DNA from: Alphaproteobacteria bacterium
GTDB taxonomy: Bacteria; Pseudomonadota; Alphaproteobacteria; JBFXJJ01
Reading direction: 5' to 3'
Assembly (NCBI GenBank): GCA_050175015.1
Contig: JBFXJJ010000006.1
Span: 32,001 to 96,000, forward strand
Length of the DNA: 64,000 nucleotides
Shown here: piece after piece, positions 21,257 to 32,628 of the stretch
How the letters are laid out: each line of letters starts with the position of its first letter
How positions within the stretch are numbered: the stretch's first letter is position 1
The notes under the pieces: generated by a model
The model's database searches: none
What the model saw: only the letters and a program-made list of their open reading frames with translations
Told to the model about the DNA's origin: nothing
Translations under genes and position numbers: made by a program

Positions 21257-22732
21257 CTAATCTCTCCAATAAGCAGGCATAAATAAAACCAGCAACGTAA
21301 AAATTTCTAGACGTCCCGCCATCATAGCCAATGAAAGCCACCATTTTGCAGCATCAGGCAAAGGGAGATAATTTCCTGCTGGTCCAACAATATCACCTAA
21401 ACCAGGTCCAACGTTTCCTAAAGATGATGCCACCGAAGTCAAACTTGTAACCAAATCAACCCCAGTTAATGCAACCAAAATGCTCAAAACGCCCCAGCTT
21501 ATAATAAAAACAGCAAAAAACATTGCAACCGAAAGCACTAAATCGGTTGTATAGGTTTCTCTGCCATATTTCATTTTTACAACCCTGTGAGGCAAAAACA
21601 ACTGAACAATACTTTCTTTTAAGTAACGAAGCAAAATCTGCCATCTAAAAATCTTAATTGAACCCGCAGTAGACCCCGTACAACCACCGATAAAAGGAAA
21701 AAACATAAACATTGCAACGGATAAGAAGCCCCATTTACTATAATCCTGAGAAGCAAACCCAGTTCCGTTAAACAACGAAGAAACATTAAACGATGCGTGC
21801 CTTAAAGACTGAATAAAGCTGTATTTTCCCTCATAAAAGACTGCAAAAGTAACAATTAAAATGCAAACCGCAAGCGAGCCTAAATAAGCCAAGACTTGAG
21901 TATCTTGTGCCGAATGAACATTTCCTCTTTTAAACAATCTTACATAATAAGTTAGAGGAAGCCCCGCAGAAATCACGAAAATCATAATAATGAATTCATA
22001 AAGAGGATTGTTATAATAACCAACTGATGCATCTTTAGTTGAAAATCCACCTGTTGAAAGCGCTGACATTGCGTGATTTATGGCATCAAACCAAGACATT
22101 CCAGCTAAACGAAGCAGTATGGTACAAAGAATTTGCAAAATAAAATAAACTAAAATAATAGCCTTTGCCATAGCGCCCATTTTGGCTGATATTTTTCCAA
22201 AATTTTCAGATGATTCCATTTGGAAAATCTGCATACCACCAACACGGAAATAAGGGAAAACCGAAAATGCCACCACAACAATCCCTACCCCGCCGATACA
22301 ATGTAGAATAGACCGCCAAAGCAAAATACCTTTCGACATATCATCAAGCCCAGTGATAACCGTTGAACCTGTGGTAGAAAGACCTGAAATAGATTCAAAA
22401 AAGGCATTAACATAAGAATTGGGAAACAAGAAAATATAAAAAGGCAGAGAAGCTGTTACCGTAAGCATCACCCATACCAAAACTGTGAATAAGAATGCTT
22501 GTTTGACTGATATTGTTTTTATTTCTGTCCTTGTCGAAAAAAACATTGCAAGTCCCAAAAAGAAACAAACTCCAGCAGACTCTAAAAATACGACCCAAGA
22601 CTTCCCGTCATATAAAAAATCAACTAAAGCTGGAATTAACATTATAGCTGCGAACAAAGCAACCGTAAGTCCGCAAACCATAAAAACTGGTCTAAAATCT
22701 GTTTTTGATGATCTGTTCAAATTTTTCTCCAA
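21257..22732 (-). CDS. trkH: Trk potassium uptake protein TrkH
   Basis: FFESISGLSTTGS, LSTGGFS, GGCTGSTAGSIKIFR, LGNVGPG, GRLEI. Confidence 0.95.
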   Translation of the reverse strand: MEKNLNRSSKTDFRPVFMVCGLTVALFAAIMLIPALVDFLYDGKSWVVFLESAGVCFFLGLAMFFSTRTEIKTISVKQAFLFTVLVWVMLTVTASLPFYIFLFPNSYVNAFFESISGLSTTGSTVITGLDDMSKGILLWRSILHCIGGVGIVVVAFSVFPYFRVGGMQIFQMESSENFGKISAKMGAMAKAIILVYFILQILCTILLRLAGMSWFDAINHAMSALSTGGFSTKDASVGYYNNPLYEFIIMIFVISAGLPLTYYVRLFKRGNVHSAQDTQVLAYLGSLAVCILIVTFAVFYEGKYSFIQSLRHASFNVSSLFNGTGFASQDYSKWGFLSVAMFMFFPFIGGCTGSTAGSIKIFRWQILLRYLKESIVQLFLPHRVVKMKYGRETYTTDLVLSVAMFFAVFIISWGVLSILVALTGVDLVTSLTSVASSLGNVGPGLGDIVGPAGNYLPLPDAAKWWLSLAMMAGRLEIFTLLVLFMPAYWRD

Positions 22733-22850
22733 AAAAGCTCTATTTTTTGTTACAATTAGTTTGCAAAAAGTCTTTATTTTATTTGATAGATTGTAAAATC
22801 CACACTATATATTAAATACTAGATTAGCAATTATTTTTGGTGGTTTAAAA

Positions 22851-23204
22851 ATGAATTTTTATAACAACGTTTTAATGGGAACCATTAAAAACAGCAAGAC
22901 AAGCGAAGAAACCCAGTCTGAGGTAAAAGTAAAACCTAAGGCTAAGACCAAAAAACCTTCTATGTATAAAGTCTTGCTTCTCAATGATGATTATACACCT
23001 ATGGAGTTTGTTGTTTTTATTCTCGAAACCTTGTTTTCAAAAAACCACGAAGAAGCTACAGAGATTATGCTAAATGTTCATAAAAATGGCGTTGGATTGT
23101 GTGGAATTTACACCTATGAAATAGCAGAAACTAAGGCTTCCCAAGTTGTAAACTTGGCAAGACGTAACCAACACCCATTACAATGTCATATTGAAAAGGC
23201 TTAG
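22851..23204 (+). CDS. clpS: Clp protease adaptor ClpS
   Basis: [22 protein letters not shown]. Confidence 0.98.
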   Translation: MNFYNNVLMGTIKNSKTSEETQSEVKVKPKAKTKKPSMYKVLLLNDDYTPMEFVVFILETLFSKNHEEATEIMLNVHKNGVGLCGIYTYEIAETKASQVVNLARRNQHPLQCHIEKA

Positions 23205-23210
23205 AAAATT

Positions 23211-25553
23211 ATGCTTTCCAAAAATTTAGAACAAACCCTACATTACGCTTTAGCACTGGCTGAAGAGGAAAAGCACGAATTTGCAACTCTTGAGCATTTA
23301 TTATTAGCGCTAACAGATGACAGCGATGCCATTGAGGTTATGCAAGCCGCAGGAGTTGATATTAATAAGCTGCAAAATGACTTAATTAATTTTATTGAAA
23401 ATGAACTTGCGTCAAATATTATGCCTTCTGCAGCAGAACCTAAACCAACAGCTGCTTTTCAACGAGTAGTTCAAAGAGCCGCCGTTCAAGTGCAGTCTTC
23501 TGAACGTCAAGAAGTTGATGCTACCCATATCTTGGCGGCAATTTATTCTGAAAAAGAATCTTATGCCGTATACCTCCTGCTTGAACAAGGAATGACTAAA
23601 CTTGATGTTTTAAATTACAGTTCCCACGGTATTGCGAAAATTCCAGGAAAATCAAAAGAAAAAACGGTTAAAGGTGTTGAAGAAACAGAAAGTGATTCCG
23701 AAAACGATAAACCTAAAGACGCTTTAAACAACTTCTGCGTCAACCTTAATCAAAAAGCTAAAGAAGGCGGCATTGACCCCTTAATCGGACGAGAAGAAGA
23801 AATTGAGAGAACCATTCAAATTCTATGCCGCCGAACTAAAAACAATCCTTTGTTTATTGGTGATTCCGGAGTAGGAAAAACTGCTATTGCTGAAGGTCTT
23901 GCGTTAAAAATAATCAAAAAACAAGTTCCTGCTGTTTTAGAAGACGCCACAATTTATGCCCTTGATATGGGATCGTTAATTGCGGGAACAAGATATCGCG
24001 GCGATTTTGAAGAACGCATCAAAGCTGTAATTCATGAATTGGAACAAATTAAAGATTCTATTCTATTTATTGATGAAATTCATACTGTAGTTGGAGCAGG
24101 TTCAACCTCTAGCGGTTCAATGGACGCATCTAATCTTTTAAAACCGGCTTTATCCTCTGGAAATATCCGCTGCATAGGATCTTCAACCTATAAAGAGTTC
24201 CGCACTCATTTTGAGAAAGATAGAGCGCTGCTGCGCCGCTTCCAAAAAATAGATATTAAAGAGCCTTCAGTTGAAGACTCTATCAAAATATTAGACGGGA
24301 TAAAGCCATATTATGAAAATTTTCATAATATCCATTATACTAAAGAAGCTATTATTGCCGCGGTTGAGCTTTCGGCTCGCCATATAAACGATCGTAAATT
24401 ACCTGATAAGGCCATTGATGTTATTGATGAGGCTGGTGCTTCAACTAACCTTGTCCCTGTTAATAAACGCCCTAAAGTTATCAATGTTAAAAACATTGAG
24501 GAAATAGTAGCTAAAATGGCAAGAATACCTGCCAAAAAGGTTTCTAGCGATGATAAAAAAGCCTTAAAAGAACTTGATAAAGAGCTCAAAAGAGTTGTCT
24601 TTGGACAAGACAAAGCTATTGATGCTTTAGCAACAGCCATAAAACTTTCAAGAGCGGGTTTAAGAGAACCATTTAAGCCTATCGGCAATTATTTATTCTC
24701 TGGTCCAACAGGTGTTGGTAAAACCGAAGTAGCAAGACAGCTTGCCCTGATTATGGGAATTGAACTTAAACGCTTTGATATGTCTGAATATATGGAAAAG
24801 CATTCTGTTTCAAGATTAATTGGAACGCCTCCTGGATATGTCGGGTTTGACCAAGGGGGTCTTTTGACAGATGCTATAGATCAACATCCCCACTGCGTTC
24901 TTCTGCTTGATGAAATTGAGAAAGCTCACCCAGATTTGTTTAATATTCTGCTTCAAGTTATGGACCACGGCAAACTTACAGATAACAACGGAAAAAGCGT
25001 TGATTTTTCTAATGTAATTTTAATTATGACTACTAATGCTGGCGCTGCTGATATTGCTAAACCTCCTATGGGATTTGAAAGAAGCAATCGTGAAGGTGAA
25101 GAAAAAGAAGCTATTGAAAAAATGTTTTCGCCTGAATTTAGAAACCGTCTTGACGCTATGATTCAATTCGCTTCCCTGCCACCAAGCATTGTCCATTTAA
25201 TTGTTGATAAATTTATTTTGGAATTATCGGAGCAATTAAAAACAAAGCAAGTTATTGTAACGGCTAGTAAAGAGGCTAAAGATTGGCTGGCAACGAAGGG
25301 ATATGATGAAAAAAATGGTGCAAGGCCTCTTGCCAGAGTTATCCAAGAATACATTAAAAAGCCACTTGCAGAAGAATTATTATTTGGTAAATTAGAGAAA
25401 GGCGGAAATGTTGTTATTAATGAGAAAAACAACAAGCTCGAAATTTTTTGTGAACCTTTATCTTTTTCTAAAAAGAAGAAAAAAGCTAAAGCAAAAAGCA
25501 AATTGAAGACCAGTCTTAAATTAAAAAAAGACAAAGAAAAAATAAACGCTTAA
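23211..25553 (+). CDS. clpA: ATP-dependent Clp protease ATPase ClpA
   Basis: Two AAA modules ([16 protein letters not shown]), [14 protein letters not shown] loop; downstream of clpS. Confidence 0.98.
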   Translation: MLSKNLEQTLHYALALAEEEKHEFATLEHLLLALTDDSDAIEVMQAAGVDINKLQNDLINFIENELASNIMPSAAEPKPTAAFQRVVQRAAVQVQSSERQEVDATHILAAIYSEKESYAVYLLLEQGMTKLDVLNYSSHGIAKIPGKSKEKTVKGVEETESDSENDKPKDALNNFCVNLNQKAKEGGIDPLIGREEEIERTIQILCRRTKNNPLFIGDSGVGKTAIAEGLALKIIKKQVPAVLEDATIYALDMGSLIAGTRYRGDFEERIKAVIHELEQIKDSILFIDEIHTVVGAGSTSSGSMDASNLLKPALSSGNIRCIGSSTYKEFRTHFEKDRALLRRFQKIDIKEPSVEDSIKILDGIKPYYENFHNIHYTKEAIIAAVELSARHINDRKLPDKAIDVIDEAGASTNLVPVNKRPKVINVKNIEEIVAKMARIPAKKVSSDDKKALKELDKELKRVVFGQDKAIDALATAIKLSRAGLREPFKPIGNYLFSGPTGVGKTEVARQLALIMGIELKRFDMSEYMEKHSVSRLIGTPPGYVGFDQGGLLTDAIDQHPHCVLLLDEIEKAHPDLFNILLQVMDHGKLTDNNGKSVDFSNVILIMTTNAGAADIAKPPMGFERSNREGEEKEAIEKMFSPEFRNRLDAMIQFASLPPSIVHLIVDKFILELSEQLKTKQVIVTASKEAKDWLATKGYDEKNGARPLARVIQEYIKKPLAEELLFGKLEKGGNVVINEKNNKLEIFCEPLSFSKKKKKAKAKSKLKTSLKLKKDKEKINA

Positions 25554-25561
25554 GTAGTTTT

Positions 25562-26548
25562 ATGCTTCTAATGACCCAATTTTTGCAAAACCTAAATCAT
25601 TTATACGTAAAAAAAATATACAGCCGCCTGATGTATACGCTGTTGTTTGCTTTTGCGCTACTTTTTGCAACAATAAAACCATCTTTTGCCAGCATTCCTA
25701 TGGCATCAATAGCCGTTGATGCTGACAGCGGACTTGTTATAAAAGCTGATAATGCTGATGTTCAAACTTACCCAGCTTCTCTTACTAAGGTTATGACCCT
25801 TTATATGGTTTTTGAAGCCCTTGAAAAAGGCTGGATAACTGAAAACGATATGATGAAAGTTTCATATAACGCCTCATCAAAACCATCGGCCAAATTATGG
25901 CTCAAACCTAATTCTGAAATTTCGGTAGAAGACGGTATTAAAGCCATTATTACTCGTTCTGCTAATGATGTTGCCACTGTTTTTGCTGAACATTTAGGAA
26001 AAAGTGAAGAAAACTTTGCCAAAATGATGACCACGGTTGCCAAAGAGCTTGGCATGAGTTCAACAACTTTTAAAAATGCTTCAGGTCTTCACAACAGTGA
26101 ACAGAAAACAACAGCAAGAGATTTAGCCATCTTAGCTATGGCTATAATGAATCACTTTCCTCAATATTATTACCTATTTTCAACTAGAATGTTTGAGTTC
26201 AACAATCAAAAATGCTTCAACCATAATCGACTGCTTAGAACTTACAGCGGTGCCGACGGCATAAAAACTGGTTTTGTACAAGCATCTGGCTTTAACCTTA
26301 TAACATCGGCTCATCGAGGCGGTCATAGAATTGTTGCCGTTGTTTTAGGAAGAAACAGTGCTAAACAAAGAGATAAAGATATGACCAAGCTGCTTGATAA
26401 AAGCTTTATGTCGTTAATAATGTCACCTGATAACATCTATATTCCTCCAGAAAAACCTAATATTGAAATATTAAACGATATGGAAAATGACAGTATTTTT
26501 TCTCTCGTTAATAAAAAATACAATTTCAAAAAAATAACAGAAAATTAA
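25562..26548 (+). CDS. D-alanyl-D-alanine carboxypeptidase (S11)
   Basis: PASLTK, SAN, IKTG motifs; start uncertain. Confidence 0.93.
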   Translation: MLLMTQFLQNLNHLYVKKIYSRLMYTLLFAFALLFATIKPSFASIPMASIAVDADSGLVIKADNADVQTYPASLTKVMTLYMVFEALEKGWITENDMMKVSYNASSKPSAKLWLKPNSEISVEDGIKAIITRSANDVATVFAEHLGKSEENFAKMMTTVAKELGMSSTTFKNASGLHNSEQKTTARDLAILAMAIMNHFPQYYYLFSTRMFEFNNQKCFNHNRLLRTYSGADGIKTGFVQASGFNLITSAHRGGHRIVAVVLGRNSAKQRDKDMTKLLDKSFMSLIMSPDNIYIPPEKPNIEILNDMENDSIFSLVNKKYNFKKITEN

Positions 26549-26617
26549 CTTAATAGTTACTCTTTATTCCGTAAAATGGCAGATAATTTAGTAATTATCA
26601 AAAATGGTTTTTGAAAA

Positions 26618-27451
26618 ATGGATAAGAATAATGCTCATATTGTCGTTGTCGGCAACGAAAAAGGCGGCACAGGAAAATCAACAATTTCTATGCACCTTAT
26701 TGTCAGTCTCCTTCGCAGCGGCTTAAAAGTAGGTTCCATTGACCTTGACGGCAAGCAGAGAACGCTAACTCACTATATTCAAAACCGAGTATCTTTTGTT
26801 GAAAAATCTGGAGTTAATCTACCTATTCCAGAGCATATTGTCTTAAAACCATCAGAATATAATGATGAAATATCCTGTAAGAAAGATGAGCAGTTGCTTG
26901 AAGAGGAAATTAAAAACCTCGCCGAAACTTGTGATGTCATTATTATTGATGTTGCTGGCTCAGATAACCATTTATTCCGTGCAGGACATCGTTATGCCGA
27001 TACCTTAATAACTCCTATAAATGACAGTCTTTTAGACCTTGATGTTATTGCTAAAATAAACCCTGATACACTTGAAATGACATCGCCTAGCCATTATGCC
27101 GAAAAGGTATGGCAGGCCAAAAAAGAGCGCGTTGCCAAAGGCTTAAAAACGTTAAATTGGTTTGTAATTAGAAACAGACTGTTTCACGTTGAATCTAAAA
27201 ACAAGAAACAAATGGAAAAACTGTTAAAAAATCTTTCCAAAAGACTTGGCTTTTCTTGGATTGCAGGAATGGGAGAGAGAGTTATATTTAGAGAGCTCTT
27301 TTTAAAAGGCTTAACAATTTCCGACATTAGAGACAAAGGCATTAATATTAATTTATCAATCTCCAATGTTGCCGCCAGACAAGAAATAAGGAATATTACC
27401 GATACTATTTTTATGTGCATCAATGAGCAATTAAAAAAAAGTGCCTCTTAG
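26618..27451 (+). CDS. mipZ: Division plane positioning ATPase MipZ
   Basis: GNEKGGTGKST, ADTLITPINDS.LD.D, ERVIFRELFLKGLT. Confidence 0.93.
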   Translation: MDKNNAHIVVVGNEKGGTGKSTISMHLIVSLLRSGLKVGSIDLDGKQRTLTHYIQNRVSFVEKSGVNLPIPEHIVLKPSEYNDEISCKKDEQLLEEEIKNLAETCDVIIIDVAGSDNHLFRAGHRYADTLITPINDSLLDLDVIAKINPDTLEMTSPSHYAEKVWQAKKERVAKGLKTLNWFVIRNRLFHVESKNKKQMEKLLKNLSKRLGFSWIAGMGERVIFRELFLKGLTISDIRDKGININLSISNVAARQEIRNITDTIFMCINEQLKKSAS

Positions 27452-27488
27452 AGCATCTGGTGTTTAAATGTATTCATTCTGACGAAAT

Positions 27489-27521
27489 AAAAAAACCTCT
27501 CTTTTTCTAGAGAGGTTTTTT
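27489..27521. terminator. Bidirectional terminator
   Basis: AAAAAAACCTCTCT...AGAGAGGTTTTTT between convergent genes. Confidence 0.8.
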
Positions 27522-27543
27522 CATTAATTCTTAGGAATTATAA

Positions 27544-29580
27544 TTATGACAAATCTTCATCTGAACCGATATTAATTCCAAATTTAGGCAGAATCTTTTT
27601 ATGAATAATAATTATTAACCAAGCCGTTAATCCTGCGGCTCCAAAAACCTTTACCGTTCCCATAAGACTGTTCAATGTTTCTGGGGAGAATATCATAAAT
27701 ATCGCAAGGAATGCCATAACTAAACCACCGATCAATTTTAAAACACGTCCGTGTTTTTCCTCAAAGCGGTTAGTCTTCAATGTGATAACAGCACTTATAA
27801 TAAGCACAAGCTCATCAAGGAGATAAATAAAAATGTATATTACAAATAAACACGCAAAATACATACCATGAACATTATTCCTAGCTAAAAGATTAGCCCA
27901 AATTACAGGAAAACCAGCTGTACAAGGCAATTCGACTAAAACTACCCCCAAAGCAAGAAGAGATGTCGCTGTAATCATAGCAAATGTCGACTTATCCGGT
28001 TTTATAATATTTCTCATATCTTTAAATATCCCAGGCTTATGCTTATCTGAGATTGTAAAAGAAAGTCCCTTTTTAAACCAAAAATAATCCTTAATGTTAA
28101 CAACTGCAAACAACAACGCTAACATAGCTATCGAGATTTGAATCCATTCAATATATCCTACATAGGCAAAGACATTAAGAATGCCAAGCATAAAAGCTCC
28201 GTAAGCCGCAGCGGTTACTGAAAGGAATGTCAAAGATACCATTAAAACTTTTTTACGAGATCTCGTATGAATAACCATACCTAGAAGAAACATTATAAGC
28301 CACGTCGAACATGGATTAAAACCATCAACAAAAGCTATAATCGAAGTAGTAATAATTATAGGAGAATCTGCTAAATTAACTTCACCGAAAAATGGTAATG
28401 TAATCGAACGATCCTCATCTGGCGTAATTTCTTTTGCTCTCGGAATAATTGGCGTTGAACCCAAAACATTCTCGGCTGGACAATGACAATCTTTTTTCAA
28501 ACAAACATCAACTGTTTTTTCCAAATTATCTTTTATTGAACGTTCACCTACAAAATATTTAGAACCAACAAAAACAACAGGATAGGAAACTTGTGTTAAA
28601 CCATATTTTTCCTTGAATAAATCAAATAAGGCATTTTCATTTTCTTCATAAACATTGTGACGATAAATCTCAACATATTTATTAGTTTCAAGATTAGATA
28701 AGAAATCTTGAATACGAATACAATGAGGGCAGTCAGGTCTATAGAAAAGATGGATACAAAGCTTTCTATCATCAATTAGCCCTGCTTTAACTGCGGGGTT
28801 AACGCAAGTATCACCAAGGCACTCTTGAACTCTTGAGGTGATTTCGCCTTTCATATCTTCAGTAAAACCAAAAATTGGAGACTTATCACCAATAAAAAAA
28901 GCAGGAACACCTAAAGGTTTAACATTGTATGCACTAGATATATCTTGAAAAATTTTGGCGCCTTCTTGGTTCTTCCAAGTTTCATAAGAATGGATCTCAA
29001 ACGATGGATATTGCTTTTTAAGTTCTTCCAAAAAGGGCTTAGCCTCTGCACAATGAGGACAGCCATCACCCCAGAAAAAATACATTATAGCCTTGTGCAA
29101 ACCACCATATAAATTATCTTCGAAAACCCCCTCTGCTTCTGCAACAGATGTTTCAACAACTTTTGTCTTTTCTTGTGCAGTGTATAATCTATCTAAAGGA
29201 TTAGGACAGCCTTCATTTAAGCATTTTTCAATTTTTTCAAAAAACTTAGGTTGCATCAACTGAGTATAGCCAAAGATAGGCCTCTCATCTCCAATAAAAA
29301 AGGCTGGAACACCAGAAGGCTTAACTCCATACTTAGCCGCTAAATTTTGAAACAATTTAGCATTATCACTATTTTCCCAAGTTTCATAAGCATGAACTTT
29401 AAGCTCAGGATACCTTGCTTCCAGATCTCCTAAAAAAGGTTTAGCTTCAGCGCAATGCGGGCAACCGTCACCCCAAAAAAACAGTAAATCTACTTGCTTG
29501 TTTGTTTCTTCTGCTTTCAAGCTTGATGTAGAAAAAACAAACGACATAAAAACAGTTAACAATATTGCGATTTTTTTCAT
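27544..29580 (-). CDS. Three CPHC thioredoxin/glutaredoxin domains fused to a CcdA/DsbD-like membrane domain
   Basis: Signal peptide; FFWGDGCPHC x2 and FYRPDCPHC; TM region with DGFNPC and VELPC. Confidence 0.85.
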   Translation of the reverse strand: MKKIAILLTVFMSFVFSTSSLKAEETNKQVDLLFFWGDGCPHCAEAKPFLGDLEARYPELKVHAYETWENSDNAKLFQNLAAKYGVKPSGVPAFFIGDERPIFGYTQLMQPKFFEKIEKCLNEGCPNPLDRLYTAQEKTKVVETSVAEAEGVFEDNLYGGLHKAIMYFFWGDGCPHCAEAKPFLEELKKQYPSFEIHSYETWKNQEGAKIFQDISSAYNVKPLGVPAFFIGDKSPIFGFTEDMKGEITSRVQECLGDTCVNPAVKAGLIDDRKLCIHLFYRPDCPHCIRIQDFLSNLETNKYVEIYRHNVYEENENALFDLFKEKYGLTQVSYPVVFVGSKYFVGERSIKDNLEKTVDVCLKKDCHCPAENVLGSTPIIPRAKEITPDEDRSITLPFFGEVNLADSPIIITTSIIAFVDGFNPCSTWLIMFLLGMVIHTRSRKKVLMVSLTFLSVTAAAYGAFMLGILNVFAYVGYIEWIQISIAMLALLFAVVNIKDYFWFKKGLSFTISDKHKPGIFKDMRNIIKPDKSTFAMITATSLLALGVVLVELPCTAGFPVIWANLLARNNVHGMYFACLFVIYIFIYLLDELVLIISAVITLKTNRFEEKHGRVLKLIGGLVMAFLAIFMIFSPETLNSLMGTVKVFGAAGLTAWLIIIIHKKILPKFGINIGSDEDLS

Positions 29581-29681
29581 CTTTTTCTCTCTAAAATTTT
29601 GTTTTAGATTTCGTCTTTATTTTAAACTAATTTTTTATAGCAAATATGAAAAATAAATAAAATAATTATTCTCTTTAAATA

Positions 29682-29713
29682 ATTACTGCGCAGTTTTAAG
29701 GCTGCGCAGTAAT
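29682..29713. terminator. Hairpin between the two thioredoxin genes
   Basis: ATTACTGCGCAG-N8-CTGCGCAGTAAT. Confidence 0.6.
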
Positions 29714-29740
29714 CGTATAAAAGCTATTTAAATTTAAATA

Positions 29741-30601
29741 TTATTCAAGTCCAGCTTTAACAGCAGGATTGGTACAGCCATTATCAAAGCATTCTTGGAT
29801 TTTAGATGTAATACTGCCTTTCATTGAATCAGCATAGCCAAAGATAGGGCTGTTATCGCCAATGAAAAAGGCTGGAACACCTCTTGGATCAACACCATAA
29901 GCTGTTGCAAGTTTGCCAAACATTTTGATGCCTTCTTGGTCTTTCCAAGTTTCATAAGCACGAACATCTAAATCTGGGTATTGCTTTTTTAATTCCTCTA
30001 AGAAAGGTTTTGCTTGAGCGCAGTGAGGACAACCATCACCCCAGAAAAAGTACATAACAATTTTTTCTTTTGTGAAAAGTTTTTTCACATAAGATTTTGC
30101 ACTATCAAAAAAAGATCCCTCTTTCTTATCTTCATCTTTTACAGCTTTATAATCATCAGATACTTTAGAAGCATATGAAGAGCCATCACTTTCAAACCCT
30201 TTTGATGCAACTTTATCTAAAGGATTAACACAACCGTCTTTAATGCAAGTTTCAACTTTTTCAATAAAAGCAGGCTGCATTTTTTCGTTATAGCCAAATC
30301 CTGGAATAGAATCACCAATAAAGAATGCAGGAACACCTCTTGCTTCTGCATTATATGCTTTTGCTACCTCTTGGAATAACTGAGCGTTCTGTCTATTCTT
30401 CCAAGTTTCAAAATAATGAACTTTAAGTTCTGGATATTTCTCTTCAAGCTCTTTTACAAAAGGTTTGGCTTCAGCACAATGAGGACAGCCATCACCCCAG
30501 AAAAATAGCAGGTGAGTTTCGTGTTTTTCTTGAGCATAAGAATTAGAAGCAAAGACAATAGAAACCATTGCCAATACTACGCTTGCTAAGATTTTTTTCA
30601 T
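29741..30601 (-). CDS. Secreted tandem CPHC thioredoxin-like protein (two domains)
   Basis: Signal peptide (SYA|Q); FFWGDGCPHC..GVPAFFIGD..C...C.NP twice. Confidence 0.85.
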   Translation of the reverse strand: MKKILASVVLAMVSIVFASNSYAQEKHETHLLFFWGDGCPHCAEAKPFVKELEEKYPELKVHYFETWKNRQNAQLFQEVAKAYNAEARGVPAFFIGDSIPGFGYNEKMQPAFIEKVETCIKDGCVNPLDKVASKGFESDGSSYASKVSDDYKAVKDEDKKEGSFFDSAKSYVKKLFTKEKIVMYFFWGDGCPHCAQAKPFLEELKKQYPDLDVRAYETWKDQEGIKMFGKLATAYGVDPRGVPAFFIGDNSPIFGYADSMKGSITSKIQECFDNGCTNPAVKAGLE

Positions 30602-30641
30602 TATATTATCTCTCTAAATATTTGGGTTTAATATCGTTATT

Positions 30642-31430
30642 TTAAAAATCTGATTTTCCTGTCTTTAATATCGGATATTGTTCTTTCAAATCCTTTATTA
30701 TAGCAAGATCTTCAGGCTCAGTGTAAGAGCAACCATTTTTCTTGCCGCCACAACCGCCTTTTTTGCCCAATCCGGCAGCAGGACAAGTTCCACGGACTGC
30801 TGCAACTTCTTGTTTATCAGATGTTTTAGATACATCTTCTTGTCCCTGAATCATTGAAGCCCCTTGCTCAGGAACTACACCTTCTGGTGTAGAGAAAATA
30901 CATATTCCTTCTTTAGTTCTTGTTGCCCCTTTAGGACAAACCTCATCTCCCATAGGAGGTTTTTCTGTAGGATATTCATTATCAATCCATTTTGAGATTC
31001 CATCTTTTAGCCAAAAGACATTGCCTAAACCAATTTCCCAATCCGCTATTTGTTTTAAAGCTTTAGAACTCCTTGCTCCATCATCACAGTAAAAGACAAC
31101 TGAACTATGATTTTTCAGAACAGCTTCAACCATAGCTTGGGTCAGACTATTATTTTTTTCGTCTTCATCGCCAAAAGGCATATTTAAAGCCCCGACAATG
31201 TGTTTTTCACCAAAAAATTCAGGAGATCTATTGTCAACGAAAACGACATTTGCTGTCTTAAATAATTCAAACGCTTTCTCGGTATTAATAATATTGGCAT
31301 CACCAATAATCTTTGCTACACCTTTTACATCTACGGAAGAAGCGAGATTACTTGGTTTATAAAAAACATATGCTGCAACAACAATAACAACGGCTACAGC
31401 AATAGTTATAATAAGCTTTAGATTTTTCAT
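30642..31430 (-). CDS. Membrane-anchored rhodanese-domain protein with Cys-rich tail
   Basis: N-terminal TM, FVDNRS..HIVGALN, VVFYCDDGARS, LKDGISKW; RBS AGAGGG before 31430. Confidence 0.8.
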   Translation of the reverse strand: MKNLKLIITIAVAVVIVVAAYVFYKPSNLASSVDVKGVAKIIGDANIINTEKAFELFKTANVVFVDNRSPEFFGEKHIVGALNMPFGDEDEKNNSLTQAMVEAVLKNHSSVVFYCDDGARSSKALKQIADWEIGLGNVFWLKDGISKWIDNEYPTEKPPMGDEVCPKGATRTKEGICIFSTPEGVVPEQGASMIQGQEDVSKTSDKQEVAAVRGTCPAAGLGKKGGCGGKKNGCSYTEPEDLAIIKDLKEQYPILKTGKSDF

Positions 31431-31535
31431 GTAACCCTCTCTTGTTTGGCATAATAACCAAACATTAACATTTGTCAACCACGCTATTTATGCTTTATTT
31501 TTTTGCTTTTAATATTTTTTAAACATAACTCAAAA

Positions 31536-32597
31536 TTACTCTCTACGCCATCTTTTTTCTGCATTAATAGACATTCCTTTTCCTTGACCAACTTCCCTGC
31601 CTATCAATTTTATTCTCATTGCCATACAAGACTTACATTCTTCTGCTGTTTCATCAATACAAGCTTTGGCTGGATATATTTCATAAAGCTTACGATACTT
31701 TATTGGCGTTAAATTCGGCATTAAGACATTGGCTCCAGACATTAAACCTCGCTCCCGCCCCTTTGCTTTGTTAAGCGTTGCTATAGCTGTGGTGCTTGGA
31801 ATATTGGTGTATGGGCATAAAATTCTAGTAAGAGCTATAACCTTATATGCCATATATTCTGTATTCGGCACCTGTTCTTCACCATCAAGAAAAGGGATAA
31901 TCCCTTTGCCTAAAGGCGTGTCTTGGTGCGGAATAAAAGGCCCAACCCCTATCATATCTAAATCAAGTTCTTTAAATTTTAAAATATCTTCCGCCAAACT
32001 TTCATAGGTTTGCGTTGGAATGCCTATCATAACTCCGCTTCCAACTTCATACTTTAAGTCTCTTAACTGCTTTAAAATCGCAAATCTATCACATTTTTTA
32101 TTTTTCAATGGTGGGTGAATTTTATAAAACAGCTCTTTATTAGATGTTTCAAATCTTAAGAGATAGCGATCAGCCCCTGCTAATCTCCAAGCATTAAGCT
32201 CTTCATATGACCTTTCTCCCAAAGAAAGCGTTACCGCCAAATCTGTTTTTTCTTTTATTCTTTTAATGATGCTTGTTACCATATCTGCGGTAACATTAAA
32301 ATCTTCTCCAGACTGCAAAACAACCGAACCATAACCATAAGAATCTGCCTCAACGGCACATTCAACAATCTCATCTTCTGTCATACGATAACGAGGAGTT
32401 TCTGTGCGTTCGGCTCTAAGTCCGCAATAAAGACAATTTCGATAACAACAATTCGAGAACTCTATAAGCCCTCTTAAATGAATTTCATCACCGACACATT
32501 CTTTGCGAATATTGTCCGCCTCTTCAAAAAGTTCTTTCAGCTTATTTTCATCTGTTTCTTTAAGCCAAGAAGTAATTTGTTCTTTATTTAGTTCCAT
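31536..32597 (-). CDS. hydE: [FeFe]-hydrogenase H-cluster radical SAM maturase HydE
   Basis: CYRNCLYC, VVLQSGED, GPFIPHQDTPLG, GANVLMPNLTP..YEIYPAK; next to hydF. Confidence 0.92.
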   Translation of the reverse strand: MELNKEQITSWLKETDENKLKELFEEADNIRKECVGDEIHLRGLIEFSNCCYRNCLYCGLRAERTETPRYRMTEDEIVECAVEADSYGYGSVVLQSGEDFNVTADMVTSIIKRIKEKTDLAVTLSLGERSYEELNAWRLAGADRYLLRFETSNKELFYKIHPPLKNKKCDRFAILKQLRDLKYEVGSGVMIGIPTQTYESLAEDILKFKELDLDMIGVGPFIPHQDTPLGKGIIPFLDGEEQVPNTEYMAYKVIALTRILCPYTNIPSTTAIATLNKAKGRERGLMSGANVLMPNLTPIKYRKLYEIYPAKACIDETAEECKSCMAMRIKLIGREVGQGKGMSINAEKRWRRE

Positions 32598-32628
32598 TGA
32601 TAAAAATATCCTCTTTTTTATACCGTTA

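Noticed and set aside
25455-25553. Lys-rich ClpA C-terminal tail
   Set aside because: Variable low-complexity tails are common, especially in AT-rich genomes
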